From Mobula hypostoma (Eukaryota), in contig NC_086118.1 in NCBI RefSeq assembly GCF_963921235.1, positions 18,850,001 through 18,914,000 on the forward strand: a stretch of 64,000 nucleotides of DNA. Direction: 5' to 3'. The notes beneath the pieces are model-generated. The model made no database searches. It saw nothing but the letters and a program-made list of their open reading frames with translations, and was not told where the DNA came from. This document shows positions 1 through 13,639 of this stretch, in pieces. Each line of letters opens with the position of its first letter. Within the stretch, counting starts at the first letter, position 1. The translations under genes and the position numbers were made by a program.

Positions 1-137
1 AGCAAGGGTGTCACAGGTTATGGGGAGGAGGTAGGAGAATGGAGTTGAGAGTTAAATCAGCCAAATCTGAATGGTGGATCAGACTTGATGTGCTGAATGA
101 CCTAATTCTACTTCTATGGCCTATGTCATTATGGTCT
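1..137 (+). mobile_element. CR1 LINE 3' end fragment
   Basis: ggttatggggag...gaatggagttgag...gaatgacctaattct...ttatggtct resembles the 3' UTR and tail of the CR1 copies at 27100-27230 and 52500-52640. Confidence 0.7.
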
Positions 138-2639
138 AAATATATTCAATGAAAACCTTTTAGTTGATGATCTCCTTTCAACCAACTTCTGCCACTGGTT
201 TCAAAGGCTCGATATACTTGTGATAAGTTGACCTGATGTCAATTCAGCAAATGGATGTTCTACAGTTGAAAAAGTTTACATTGGCTCAAGGCTGAGTAAA
301 AAATGGTACCAAAGCCTCTGGTCAGGACTTGCACAATTATGGTGACAGATCCATTGGGAATCCCAGGGAAGAACCGACCTTACATTTTTCCCCTAGGGAT
401 TGGCACCAATCGTCCTACAACAAATTTCAGGATTTCCCTAAGGGGTGCTGGCCTCAAATTGACTTGGAAAAAGTATCTGTTTTTACAATGTTATCTCAAA
501 ACCACTAATAGGTGTGCGTTACATGATGTAAAACTCCTTTGCCTAAAACACAATCTGGGGAGATTCACTGGCTGAATTAAATTCTGAATGTCTTGAGCTC
601 TGCGGGATTTACAAAGCCAGGAAGACAATTATTGAACAAAATTTGACAGTTACTTCATTAATTTAGTTTCCAGAAATATTTGTAGATGCCATTACAGGAC
701 TGAATAAATTGTTCTATGCTGTGATATAATGAAGTTAACCCACAAGGGAACAAGAGAACAAACATGTTACCAGTTGAAGTGACGTCACTAAATCCATTGA
801 CATCCCTTGGCACTGCAAATTATAGTAACCAGATTCTATAATTTTTGGCATCAGATTTGGGAATGTGCTGCACTAATATCACCCACTGACATCTCATTCT
901 ATTTTTTCTTACTGATCTGCTCATAATTTATTATTGGCCATTGCTTAAATTTAATGCCATTGGATTTTCTGGAATACTTGCACTGATTTTCTTTCGGACG
1001 GTTAAACAGGAGCCCATAAGTGGGTTTATCTCATTTTAATGGTGTGAAACAGTATCGTTTCTCATCCTAACACTGTTTCCATACGTGTCACAACCATTAT
1101 AATCTTCAATTGCAAGGTTCCCTGTGCATGTCTGCACCTTGTCAGTTTCAGCACTTGCTGCTCCAGACATCAAAACCATGGTTGCATACCTGTCAGCAAC
1201 CGTCCAGCTATTCTGCTCAAAGAATAGGTGCTGCAGTCTATGATGAATGAGGTGGGGGGACCTGGACAGGCTAGTGAAGAATACTGGCCACAAAAAGCAT
1301 GTTAACCTCAAAATTATATTTTTTTTTGGTGTGTTAAATGGACATTAAATGTTTACCTCAAGCAAAATCAGGGATCAGCAAAAAGAAAAACCTTAAAATA
1401 GTACATCCTCATTTTAAGGAATAATTTTTGTTGTTTTCTCAGGCACTAAAAACTGACATGCATTTCTACAGAAAGCCAGTTGCACAGCTCACGGCTGCTG
1501 TACGTGTCATGCACAGCCTGCTGGGAAGCAGGTCAGCACTGTGGCAGGCTCCCATGGAGATGAGGGAAAACAGTGGATAGGTCTGGGAAAGGGAATGGAG
1601 AAGGGGTAACAAAGCAAGATATTTGGGAAATTTAGGTCCAGGCTGTTTTTCCTGTTTTTTAATATGAAGTTTGAGTAAGCTTCTTAAATTGAAATTATAA
1701 GGAAACTGTGAGATGTGGCAGAAAGCTGTATTGTTCCTGAGATAAAGAAGTTGAGAATGCCTTCCAGGGAAACCCTGGGTAATATTCTGAAACAAAATCC
1801 AATAAATACTTTGAATATTTCAATCAGTGATGAGTGTAATAAGTGGCCAAAAGCATTCGTTTGCCTCACTGAATACTGCTTTATATATTTTGATAATTGA
1901 TGTCTGTTGATATCAACTTAATTTCATATTGAAAAACATCTCAAAGCAAAAACAATAAAACTTGAGCCATGAAGAAATAAGTAACTTATTTTTGCCTGCA
2001 ACATAGGTTATTCGAATCAAAACAAAGCATCTTGTGAGAAAAAGAAGTGACAATGACAAAACTGGGGAAAACTATTAAAATAAGCTTAATTATATGCACC
2101 TTCCATAAAAGTTAGAATTGTACACAGATCAAAATCAGTATTATCTTGTATTTTAATAAAGAAAAATTCTGAAAAGGTTTCCTCAGGATTTGCACTGTTA
2201 CAGTGTCATGTTATATGTTACTGGTACGGTAGAATAAAGATAAATCATAAATTATGATGTACTTGACTTTTGACATGGGTAATGTTCTTTTGTGGCATGT
2301 TTCAGTCTCCTTTCTCTCATTTTCTGATGAAAACAATAATAATTATAAGTTCCAGGATTTTCACCAGTTTTATTTTTACATCACTGCTACTTAAGGATTA
2401 AAAATAACATCACTGTAGTGTTGTTTCATTTAAATTACCAACAAGGTTAACCAAAGATAATCCAAGGTGAAACAATATATTTGTCATGTACTTCACCATG
2501 TGGTCTAATGCAAGCATCAAGAAGTGATTGGACTGGAATGAGCAGTGTATCTGATGAAACTACTTTGCCTTCACATAAAAGTCGCTTGTACTGTGTCTAA
2601 TGTCTATCTTGAGCTCTGAACTTTTGGTTCCATATCATT

Positions 2640-3250
2640 GCAGCTCTCTTTCCCATTCCCACGTCTGTTCATCTTTGGCCTTCTGCACTGCCAAGGTGAG
2701 GCCAAGTGCAAATAAGAAGAGCAACTTGAGTAGCCTCCAACCCAATGATAAGTACAATGACCCACACCCCTGCATTCGTTTCCTATTCTCACAAGCTCAC
2801 CTAGTTTCGTACATCTTTCATATACTTTCTCTTCCCTTTTCTTTACCATAACTCAATTTCCTTTCTACCTGGTTCTATTTGCTCATATCTAACCACTGAG
2901 TTTATTTTTCCCAAACTTCACCTTTCCTACCCACTTCATCCATCTGGTTCCAACTGCGCATCATTCCTCTCTTACCTCTAATCCATCATCTACCAGCCCC
3001 TGTCTCTAGCCTCCACATCCCCTTCCAGCAACTCAGATCCATCTACCTTATTTGCACCCCCCTCCCCATCCTTACTGGCTTCCACCTATAACATACCAAC
3101 CTCCTATTGGCCCTCTCTTTGTCTACATAGTTCTCTATGCTCAGCACTGTCAGTTCTGACGCAGGGTCTCAACCCAAAATATTGACTATTTCATTGCCTC
3201 CATTGATACTGCTTGACCAACTGTAACCTTCTAGCAGTTCATCATTTTTG
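2640..3250 (+). mobile_element. Decayed Penelope-like element 3' part
   Basis: GLLHCQGEAKCK*EEQ..LSSLQPND aligns to the GIY-YIG C-terminus GLLYCKDEATLRLEEQ..LGSLQPDG at 56530-56640. Followed by a C/T-rich UTR and a ctgacgcagggtctcaaccc terminal motif at 3156. Confidence 0.7.
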
Positions 3251-4584
3251 TCACTTTTAAGAGATTACTTTGACTCTTTGTTTATACATTTATTGAAATA
3301 ATGGCATTTCTAGCCACAGGACCTCTGATTTTCCATTATCCTCAGTGGGCCATATTTTTAGTGCAGAAAAATATGGATACATTTAATTAACTTTGAAATA
3401 GGTGCCCTGAGCAGCCGAGTGCATGGGGAACATGGGTGCGGTCCAACTGCTGGAAATTCTGGGGCAAGGACTCTACCACTGCGAGACAAATGAGATGTTC
3501 AGTGGATATAATATCGTCAGTGTCGACCATACCAACAATATATCACAGGTAGAATTTCATTTTTGGTCTCATATTGTAGCAGCTGTGCTCCACCTCCAAA
3601 ATTTGGTTCTATCTTGGACGTTCTACCCCCTATGTTTTACCCAGCTTTTCATGCACCACATGATTCAATTTGAAGACAAAACATTCCAAATGAGAAACTG
3701 TGGACTTACTGTGAAATGTATGGAGTCAGCAGTTTTCCTTCCGAGTCCTCTGTGGGTGGAGTGCTAGTGCAGGAAACCGCCACAACACGTGCATTTCAAG
3801 GACTTGCGATGACAAATGCAGACACCAGGGGCAGCACATGCCGAAGGAGGTCTTCACAATGCTTGGGTGGTCCTCTTCAGTGTCATTCAGAGGGAAACTA
3901 CCTGAGTAGCTCCAAGGTCATGGTGTTGAGAATTTGACATCAGGTTTGGGCTCCTTTATGAATTATATTTAAACTTCTTGAAGGATCTTCCGCATGGCCC
4001 ACATCATCAATCAGCCACAAACTTTGTAACCATCCCACCTTACAATAACCGACGTGCCACGTCAATGCAACACCGCACCACCCATCCTTGTTCAACTGCA
4101 GGAGTTATGTTTGGCCACTGAAATCAGTAGTGGATTCAAGGTGAAGAACTACTGATTCCAGTGGACAGATGTAACTCCTGGATCTCTTCCATCCATGACA
4201 CCATTAGTTACCTCATCCATAACCCTGATTTACCCATTTTCCTTGACATGTCCCACACCTGCGAGTGTACCATGTCTATGTGCTGTAGAAATTTGTTGTC
4301 ATGAGCCCTCACACAAAGCTTGCCAATGCATTCCATTACTGAATCAAAGTAGGTGGCGTGGAAATTGTTGGCAATAAAGTTTTCCGCATTGCATTTACTG
4401 TTTGTTTCCTGAGTGGCTGCAGCCGAGGTGTGTGTATGAATTTAAAGCTGAATGCTTTGTGAATGCATGTTATACATTTACACAAATATGTACATCCTCA
4501 ACATAGGTATATGATTTTGCTGCTGTGTCCAGCAAAACCCGTCCATCCAAGCCCCCAACACTGCACAAGCTCCACTACACACAG

Positions 4585-4890
4585 CGACACACACAAAATG
4601 CTGGAGGAACGCAGCAGGTCACGGGGTATCTAAGGAAATGAATAAACAGTGGACAAATAGGGCCGAGCCACTTCTTCAGGACTGGAAAGGAAGGGGGAAG
4701 GTGCCAGAATAAAGATGTGGGGGTGGGGAAGGGTGGCAGTGAAGAACAATAGCTGGAAGGTGATGGGTGAAGCCAGGTGGGTGGGCTGCAGAAGAAGGAA
4801 TCTAACAGGAGAGGAGAGTGGACTACAGGTGAAAGGGAAGGAGAAAGAGACTGAGGGGAGGTGAAAGGCAGGTGAGAAGAGGTATGAGGC
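4585..4890 (-). mobile_element. Penelope-like terminal fragment
   Basis: acacacaaaatgctggaggaacgcagcaggtc...ggccgagccacttcttcaggact plus a purine-rich stretch, colinear with 55900-56160. Confidence 0.75.
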
Positions 4891-6164
4891 TAGAGTGAGG
4901 CCTGGGCTACAGATTGGTACTGCAGCTGGTTCAAAGAAATCGACCCACCCAACCACCACCTGTCCCCTCACCCAAAAAAGATTGGGATTATGGTGGGATT
5001 GTCTTAACTGATGGTCAACGTGGACTTGAAGGTCTGATGGGCATGTCTTAATGTTGTATCTCACTCTGCAATTCCAAATCATTTTTGTAATATTATCAGT
5101 AAGCTGCACTCTTGCTTATAATCCATCACACGCAACCCTTATTCCCCTTTTGCTGATATTGGGATGCTGTGAATTTACTATCATTTTCTATGCTCCGGTC
5201 CACAGGAAGGCAATGCAACACAGTTCTTCAGTGAGATGAATTCATGAATTTTACTGTCTCTGCACAGCAAGACTTCAACATCCCCCTTTGTCTTTCCTTT
5301 CCATTAACACAGCAAGTGTCAAGGTCAATGTTATGAAGCTGCTACCTCAGTTATACATACTAACAGTTCAGCCTGTTGTTATGCATGATCAAAACACTAG
5401 TCTAACAGGACATGTCAAATTATACACCAGAACATCTTAATTTATCTATTTCTTAAGACTCCTTGTGCATTGCACCCTGGCTTTCTAAAACTGCCACAAA
5501 GAAAAATTGCCCATTTACAAGGTAGCTAGGGTTAAGAGCCCTGTGTGTATGTGTGTACATATATAAGAGTAGGTGGGGAGGATGACAATTTAAAAAACGC
5601 TTGGAAAGGCAGAGGGCTGTTGCGGGGTTATTTGATGTGGCCACTGTATCACTTTTCTTCCAGAATAATTAATAAGTTAAAGACAGTTTTATAAACTTTT
5701 TATAGTTTTAATCAGGGCATAATATTACCTTCTGGTGTTATGACATCCCAAGGAAACTGGAAAACATGGAAGTGACATACGGGTGCAATCAAACTACTCA
5801 ATTTCTAAATGGTGAGTTCAAAAGCAAAGCTACTTGCAGCTATGGTGGCAATTCAGGGCAGCAGCCAACAGAGCATGTGAAGCAGAGTGGAACTACACTC
5901 TCAGGTTATTCAGTTACCAATATCAGTACTGTTCTTTCAAGTTATTGCTCAGGATACTGGATATTAAAGTGCTCTGTGAAGTGCTGTCGTAAAATAAATC
6001 TTTGTCTGTGGGACTCAGTAATAAGTTGACCCATCTCCACTGTGAGACACAGATCATGTTCGCGGTCTGATTAAGTACTTATCATCAAGCCAGTCTGCTG
6101 CAAGGAAAGAACTATACTTTGTGTATTTATATGTTTTGCTAAATGTTATATAAAACTTTGTCAG

Positions 6165-6252
6165 AATTTCTAAAGTAAGTACATGTTCAGCACAGCATTG
6201 TTGGCCCAACAGCCTGTATTGTGCTGTAGGTTGTCTATGTTCTATGTTCTAT
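6165..6252 (+). mobile_element. CR1 extreme 3' tail
   Basis: Near match to 11706-11797 (aatttctaa-gtaag-acatgtt...cctgtattgtgctgtaggtt...tatgttctatg). Confidence 0.8.
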
Positions 6253-6494
6253 ATTTTCTAGAACAAGTAGTTTTCTGGGGTTATTGGCAGGTTACCTATC
6301 TGACTGATGTCCTAGCTCATAGGACATCTGACCTTTGATTGTTGCTGGAAGGCTTGTTGATTCCTGGCTCATCAGTAATTTTGCTGAGCGTCGGTTGACA
6401 TAAGGATGACACAGTGGTACAGCTGAGAGAGCAGCCGCTTCACGGTTCCACTGGTGTTGGTACTGAGGTATCATTGTCAAATGTACAAAGATAC

Positions 6495-6723
6495 CCGGGC
6501 TTCAGGTCTACAGACTCAATTTGGTTCTGAATGCTGTTGCTTGCTTTTATTGTTTGCATGAGTTGTATTTTTTCCTTTCTCTATGCATTGGGGGTTGGTC
6601 TTTTTTTTAATTGGGTTCTTTCCGGTTTCTTGCTTTCTAGCTGCTTCTAGGTAGACGAATCTCAAGGTTGTATAATTCATACATCCTTTGATAATAAATG
6701 TACTTTAAACTTTGAACTTTGAA
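6495..6723 (+). mobile_element. Non-coding retro-element 3' end with (CTTTGAA)n tail
   Basis: Ends gaatctcaaggttgtata...ataataaatgtactttaaactttgaactttgaa, the same tail type as 35470-35529 and 14491 (minus). Confidence 0.65.
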
Positions 6724-6924
6724 GTAGATCGGGAATTCAAGATTTAATCCTTTAAAGTATTCAAGCCTGACCTTGGGTGTTGCTTGTACGGAATTTGTAC
6801 ATTGCCACTGTGACTGTGTGGATTTTCTTACTTGCTCCTGTTTAGCTCACATCCCAAAGACCTAAAAGTTAACTGACCTCTGTAAACCGTCTCCAATGTG
6901 TAGCTGGATGGTAGACCTGGAGCA

Positions 6925-7180
6925 AAGCACGGGAGTGTAGTAGTTAGCATGATGCTTTACAGTACAGGCGATCTGGGCTCAATTCCTATCGCTGTCTCTA
7001 AGTCTCCCCGTGACCACTTGTGTTTCTTCCAGGTGCTCTGGTTTCCTCCCACAGACATACCAGTTAGTATATTAATTGGTCATTGTAAACTAGAATTAAA
7101 TTTGAGGGTTGCTGGGCGGAGTGGTTCAAAGGGCTGAAACTGCCTATTCCGCACTGTATCTCAATAAAATAACTAAATAA
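6925..7180 (+). mobile_element. tRNA-derived V-SINE (HE1-like)
   Basis: A-box-like gtgtagtagttagc, B-box-like gctcaattcc, V-core ggtgctctggtttcctcccaca, A-rich tail. Similar to 13640 and 48812. Confidence 0.75.
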
Positions 7181-7354
7181 AGTTGATAGGAATATGGATA
7201 AAATAAAATGGGAATTGTAAGTGATTCGTGTAAATCGTGAGCGATGGTCTGCTTGAACGTGACGGGCCACAGAGTATGTTTCCATGTTGTATGACCGTGA
7301 GTTTGTGACAATCTCAGAACATATTTGTAATATTTAAAGCCTGATTGTCATTAG

Positions 7355-7510
7355 GAGAGATCTCCAAATATCAGGGAATCAAGGGACACGTAGAAATCAA
7401 GGGCTAATGGAGGGAAATAGGACTGAGGTCAGCCATTGTCTTATTGATTGGTGGAGCGGACATGAAAGACTAAATAACCTCTTCCTGCTTCTATTTCTTA
7501 TGTTCTTATA
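7355..7510 (+). mobile_element. CR1 3' tail fragment
   Basis: gaggtcagccat...ggtggagcgg...cctgcttctatttcttatgttcttat. Confidence 0.65.
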
Positions 7511-9639
7511 TCAATTCAATGGCTGATATACAGATCAGACATTAAACCTGGCTCCAAAAGACTGGGAAACACATTGGGAGAAAATTAGTCAGGTGAAGTG
7601 GAGGAAGGTCACGGACTATTTGCTACGAATATAATAATTAACATAATTTTGAAAGATAATACTGTAATATCACAACAACTGACAGCTATTCAATAATAAG
7701 CCTGTTATAATAACATCATGTGTAATTTTAATGGCTACGCTTCACTGGAGTTTAATTTGTTAGATAGTCAATACAAAAATGTCTGGTATCACTGACACAT
7801 ATTGTTCCAATAGTCGTCATTATTGAAACTACTGTAAACTACATTATGAAACTCATCTACATAAATACTGTGAACAGAGTGAAATGTTGAAAATTAGAAT
7901 TAAACTTGAAAAAATGTTTTCTGAAGGCATTTTATTGTATTTATTCGCAGCCGTACGAATGGAAGCTCTTCCCATATATTGTTATGTAAATAGTCATAAT
8001 TCACAAGCAGCTCACGATGAGTAATGAGTTTGAAAGAACGATTTTGGTGATGTTGCTTGAAGAAAGATTTCTCGCCACATCACTGAGAACCCTTTGAAAA
8101 TTCCACTAGATTGTTAAAAACACACGTGATCAAATCCTGGGTTAGTATTGACATCACAAACATCATAGGCAAGAATGCTTTCAACATAGTTGAGAACAAA
8201 GAATAACATTTCTGGATGCAGGGTTTCACTAATAACCTTCTATTTTCAAAAATATATAGTTATATTCCTATATTGTAATGTAAGGTAATATTCAGTTTCA
8301 AGCTTTATCCTATAAGCTCTACCTGACAGCCATATAATATTTTAATTGTTTTTGCATCATCTAAGTCTCTGACTTATCCTAGCAACTTAACCAAGGACAA
8401 TCCGTTTTTATAACAATGGCAGTGGTATTTCACCCTGCGTGCCTGTGAACCTAAATAAAAAAACCACTGAAACATTACCATTCATCAGTGAATTGAAGAC
8501 AATTGGATGACATAGCTCCAAGCTTCATTAGCTCTGAACCTTTATCTACTTCAAAACAACCGGCATGAGAATTAAATCTTGCACAGGATAAAGAAACAAA
8601 ATTTATGGTGTGGAATGTGATACCTATCAAGCACATTAATAAAGAAACAGAGACTATGTTGTATTTTCTATCCTCTGCTTCAAACCAGATTGTGCTATAC
8701 AGTAGCGTGACAGCATTCGGAAATTGCATTTTCATCTTCATGACACAAGGAGCAATGCAGGTAACAGATCCCGTGCATCAAAGTAAGTTCCTCAGCTGAG
8801 AGTCTTTCTCTGAACAACTATTGCACCTATGGAAGTGGGAGATTTGTCCCTTTTACCACCTAAATAGATATATTTAATCAGAATTAATTTTAACGTGGCC
8901 TGCCTTATTTAAAGATTGCTGTTATATGAAGCTGCAGGTAGCCCTTTCAAAGTCTGATGACTGTATAGCTTGTGGTACTTCTGCAAACTTAATCATGTTG
9001 CATGTATGGTCTGTTTCATTGGTCTAGGAGTGGATAATACTGATCTTTTTTTTGTTTAGCCACCTAGGAAGAAAATTCAGGAGAAATAGAAAATTGAAGG
9101 AAGAAAGGAAGGTGCGTTTTCTGAGGGTAATGGATACACGCACAATTATATATTAAAAAAATGGTGACCCATTGGTATGAAGAATGAACAACTGAAAATA
9201 TACAGGTAGACACTTTATCAGTGTTTTCAGAAAAAGGAATGGTAAGGAGAGAATGTGATTAAAAATTATCTAGTTAGAAGAAACAAACAATTTATTGATC
9301 TGTATGTAACTTCCATTATGGCACTGGCATTTTAAAGTATCCAGCAGTTATTCTCTCCTACTGTCTTGGCAGCCTCCTCTGCCAGAACCTGCTTGCACAT
9401 TTTCCTCAGCATGCCTGCCTCTGGGACTTAGTAACCTGTGCCAGCTCGTGTAAAACTGAGATGGGTCCAGTCCTCTAGCAGAATTATGTATTTTGTCAAA
9501 ATAGAGGAATAAGATGTCAGTCGTGTTTCAGTGATAGAAAGTTATCTGCTTGAAGGGACTTAAGCACTAAGGACCAGACTTGTAGTCCAGTGCCACACCA
9601 AAGGAACGCCTGTAGGTGTGCCTGCTCTCAACTCTCTCA

Positions 9640-9885
9640 GATGTCCATTAACAATTTCATGGGACAACTGCATAGAAGAGAAGAAGTATCTCAAAAGTTG
9701 TATCCAATGATTATCTCAAACTCAAGATTATTAACAAAGGAATTATTTGCTGATGATTATTTTACTGTTTGTGGAAACTTCCAATGTGCAGAAGGAAAAT
9801 TTATGATTTCCTATAACAGTGACAATGCTCCACAATTACTGTATTTGTCCTGAAGCATTTTAGGAATGAATGAAAGTTTTTCTTT
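9640..9885 (+). mobile_element. Very decayed SacSINE1/Deu-domain-like SINE
   Basis: Reverse-complement similarity to 30850-31030 and 38900-39120 (ctgtttgtggaaactt...gtgca...tttccta...acagtgac). Confidence 0.4.
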
Positions 9886-10640
9886 AAAGTCAGCACATTC
9901 AAGCATGCCAGAACACACTGAAGTGTGAGTACAACCTTGGAACTGGCAGTGAAAGTAACAATCTTGAATGAAACTGAATCTTGAACCTCACGGAAACCTA
10001 CAGCACTCATTGGTACAAATGCCAATAAAATGGGGATTCAGATATGGTGCAGAAAATTCAAAATGCTTACAATGATACAGTGGTAGTCATACCAAAACAT
10101 TATAGACAAGAAAGTTTTTGGAAGGCCATCAATATATGCCAAAAATAATGGACAGGTCGTGAGTCATGGGCCACAATGTTTGCACCAACTATAAGCATGT
10201 GATATTGCAGACAACAAAAAACAAGTAACGTAATTTAATATGTTGTCATCACATATAATACCAATCAGGAGGGGAAAAGATCAGCAATAGTTTTTAAAGT
10301 ATTTTTTGAAGCAGAGATTAATGGGGAACTGCTCCTGGATTACTTGTTCTTTCCCTGCCGTGTGATTTAAACCTACAAGCTCTGCTTCAGAGTAAGTGCA
10401 GTCTAACTAAACGTGATTCTGGTCAACTGGGCAGGTGTGACAAGAGCAGCCTACCACTTGGTCCACTCAGCATCTGGATTTCTGTCAAGGGAGTATCCAG
10501 GTTGGTAAGGCTGTAACAATAATAACAATAAGAATTAAATTCCTCATCTCTGGTCTACAGCCACTGACTCATTAGACATTGATAATCCTGTTCACCATAT
10601 GGCGTGGGTTTCTAATTTCACTGGAATCTTCAAGGTTACA

Positions 10641-11797
10641 GCAAGGCATTTGATGAGGTACCCCATGCAAGCCTTATTGAGAAAGTAAGGAGGCATGGGA
10701 TCCAAGGGGACATTACTTTGAACTGGCTTGCCCACAGAAGGCAAAGAATGGTTGCAGACAGGTCATATTCTGCATGGAGGCCGGTGACAAGTGGTGTGCC
10801 TCAGGGATCTGCTCCGGGACCCCTACTCTTCGTGATTTTTATAAGTGACCTAGATGAAGAAGTGGAGGGATGGGTTAGTATATTTTCTGATGATACAGAC
10901 GTTCGGGGTGTTGTGGATAGTGTGGAGGGCTGTCAGAGGTTACAGTGGGACATTGATAGGATGCAAAACTGAGCTGAGAAGTGGCGGATGGAGTTTGACC
11001 CAGATAAGTGTGAGGTGGTTCATTTTGGTAGGTCAAATATGATGACAGAATATAGTATTAATGGTAAGACTCTTGACAGTGTGGAGGATCAGAGGGATCT
11101 TGGGGTCTGAGTCCATAGGACACTCAAAGCTGCTGCGCAGGTTGACTGTGTGCTTAAGAAGGCATATAATGCATTAGCCTTCATCAATTGTGGGATTGAG
11201 TTTAAGAGCCCAGAAGTAATGTTGCAGCTATATGGGACCCTGGTCAGACCCCACATGGAGTACTGTGCTCAGTTTTGGTCGCCTCACTACAGGAAGGATG
11301 TGGAAACCACAGAAAGGATGCAGAGGAGATTTACAAGGATGTTGCCTGGATTGGGGGCATGCCTTATGAGAATAGGTTGAGTGAAATCGGCTTTTTCTTC
11401 GTGGAGCGACGGAGGATGAGTGACCTAAGAAAGATGTACAAGATGATGAGAGGCATTGATTGTGTGGATAGTCAGAGACTTTTTCCCAAGGCTGAAATGG
11501 CTAGCATGAGAGGGCACAGTTTTAAGGTGCTCGGAAGAAGGTACAGAGGAGATGTCAGGGGTAAGTTTTTTACGCAGAGAGTGGTGAGTGCGTGGAATGG
11601 GCTGCCGGTGACGGTGGTGGAGGCAGATACGATAGGGCCTTTTAAGAGACTCCTGGATAGGTACATGGAGCTCAGAAAAACAGAGGGCTAGGGGTAACCC
11701 TAGGTAATTTCTAAGGTAAGGACATGTTTGGCACAGCTTTGTGGGCCGAAGGGCCTGTATTGTGCTGTAGGTTTTCTATGTTTCTGTGTTTCTATGT
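10641..11797 (+). mobile_element. 5'-truncated CR1 LINE (RT C-terminal part, disrupted)
   Basis: SGVPQGSAPGPLLF, FSDDT, LVRPHMEYCAQFWSP and FFTQRVV across frames with stops and frameshifts. (TTTCTATG)n tail. Confidence 0.95.
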
Positions 11798-11824
11798 TAC
11801 CTCACTGGACACTTCTTTTTTTGG

Positions 11825-11965
11825 GTGGCACAAGAGACTATAGAATTTAGAGTAAAAATCAAACTGCCAAAGGAAGTCAGTCCATCCTGATGCAGGGTCT
11901 CGACTCGAAACACTGACCATTCCTTTGCCTCACAGATACAGCTTGCCCTGTTCACTCCTTCAGCG
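11825..11965. mobile_element. Short Penelope-terminus-derived element
   Basis: cacaagagacta... arm (cf. 12752) followed by cctgatgcagggtctcgactcgaaacactgac...cacagat...ccttcagc in the opposite orientation. Confidence 0.55.
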
Positions 11966-12746
11966 GGATTAGAACAAGTAGAAGGATACCCAACCAAATT
12001 CCCAGTCTCTGTGTTGGATAAATAGACAATAAACCATGTCCCAAAATCATATAGGACAGTCAAGCTATCTTCTAGATATTGGAGATCCCACTCAATATGG
12101 GACGGTTGACAATCCTGTTTGAACCATTTACCTAGTCATGCTACATCTAACCAGGTTGTGATTACTCCTGATACTGGCAGCCTGGATCAGAAAATAAATA
12201 TTCTTCAGCATGATTTTTTTTAATTGATAAGCATGGAATTCAATTTTAATGTGAAAGGGTAAAATTTAATTTAGAGAAGTAAAGAAAAACAGAATGTTTG
12301 CCTCCATTTCTAGCATTGTTTGCTGTTACCAGGAGATTAAAATGAAAAAGGTTCATTCTCTGCAGTTTTGTAGTCCATTCACATAATGCACTTGAACACC
12401 AGATTAGCAGCAGTAATTCCCACCTTCAGAAATGCTAATATTTCAAATGTTTATCTCAACATACTGCTTTGACACCTATTTATTCATTACCTACTGGAGG
12501 CCTGCCAGTCAGATTAGAATTAATGTGAGTCAATGCTTTAAATTTTGAAAGAGAATCTGAAATTTTATATACTATTATTTTATATATATATTAATATCTA
12601 TAATATTGTCATTTTGACTCGATCCTGACAACATTGGTAATTATATCGTCATCTAAAGGAAAGGAAGCAGTTGTCTGTCTTTATGGTCAGAAGACATCCA
12701 AGATACTCTGTCAAGCCCTACCGAAAGAGCAGTGAAAGTTATTGTT

Positions 12747-12885
12747 GGAGACACAAGAGACTGCAGGTATTGGAAACTGGAGCAAGACACAAAGTGCTGG
12801 AAGAGCTCTGCTGGTCAGGCAGCATCTGTGGAGAGAAATGGACAGTCGATGTTTTAGGTAGAGACCCTTCATCACCCAATGAGCT
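12747..12885 (-). mobile_element. Penelope-like terminal fragment
   Basis: aaagtgctggaagagctc...ggtcaggcagcatctgtggag...gacagtcgatgttttaggtagagacccttcatca, colinear with 55880-55992. Confidence 0.75.
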
Positions 12886-13639
12886 GCTGAACGTTTCCTG
12901 TCAGAAATCTCAAGAGCAATTAATAAATCAAATCATGCAGTATTGCCCTTTTCAGGTGTAATGCCCTGGTTCACATTTTCTACTGTTAAGTTATATGTAT
13001 TTCATTTTCTGCTGTTCTGTATTTCATTTTGGCAGTTCTGTGCGAGCTGTTTGTTTTCAGCTTATGTTTGGGTTATTGTTGAAGATAACAGGTGAGGCCA
13101 TCCAGTTAGCATGGTCAAGTTGAAGGGGAGATTTCTCTGGCGAGCGATGCTAAGGTTGGGCTTGGGGTTTTTTTTTTGGTTCAAGAGCGATGAAGAGGGA
13201 AAATGCCAGAGAGAAGAGGTTATGCAGCCGAGGAAACCAGGGTGGTTCACAAGTAAACGGAGGATTGAGACTACGAAAAAATGTTTGTGATGTGAAAATT
13301 CATATAGCAGGCATTGCAGTAAATAAATAATATTCATGGGGGTGAGCCATGGTGGCTGAGGAAAATAGTCAGCGACTAATCAATTCACCATCAGTAAGGG
13401 TGAAAAAAATTAAGAGCAAACCAGGCTGGTCAGATTGAAACGTAGAAACTGAAATTTACTAGCCAGTCATCCAATGGCTATTGTTGCCTGTCAGAGGAGT
13501 GCAAATGATTGATTGAATTTTTCCCCATCTTAAATAACTTGTTCATTTCACAGACTCTGTCCAGTAACCTGATTTAAAAAAAAACTGTTGAATGTTTCCT
13601 GTTTTGTGGGCCTGCTTTTGAAAGCAGCCTGGAAATGTG

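Larger units (their letters stand above)
6400..7295 (+). mobile_element. Old V-domain SINE interrupted by two younger inserts
   Basis: Head acagtggtacagctg (6411). Body resumes at about 6765 (gtacggaatttgtacatt...cacatcccaaagac). Tail resumes at about 7181 (aataaaatggg...tgttgtatgac). Confidence 0.55.

Noticed and set aside
1036..1189. Possible terminal exon RYATMVLMSGAAS... after ctgacag on the minus strand
   Set aside because: Poor pyrimidine tract, wrong phase for shisa6, no recognisable homology.
3400..4400. GC-balanced stretch with short ORFs, possibly an old element
   Set aside because: No motif I can assign with confidence.
8479..8577. 99-nt exon-like segment on the minus strand (tgcaag| ... 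|gtaatg), open as FNSHAGCFEVDKGSELMKLG...
   Set aside because: In the phase-1 frame set by the shisa6 exon it hits TAG after about 10 codons, and the peptide from the open frame is not recognised.
13061..13091. 31-nt plus-strand mini-exon (ttgttttcag| ... |gtgagg)
   Set aside because: Opposite strand to the supported gene, not frame-preserving, and such sites arise by chance.
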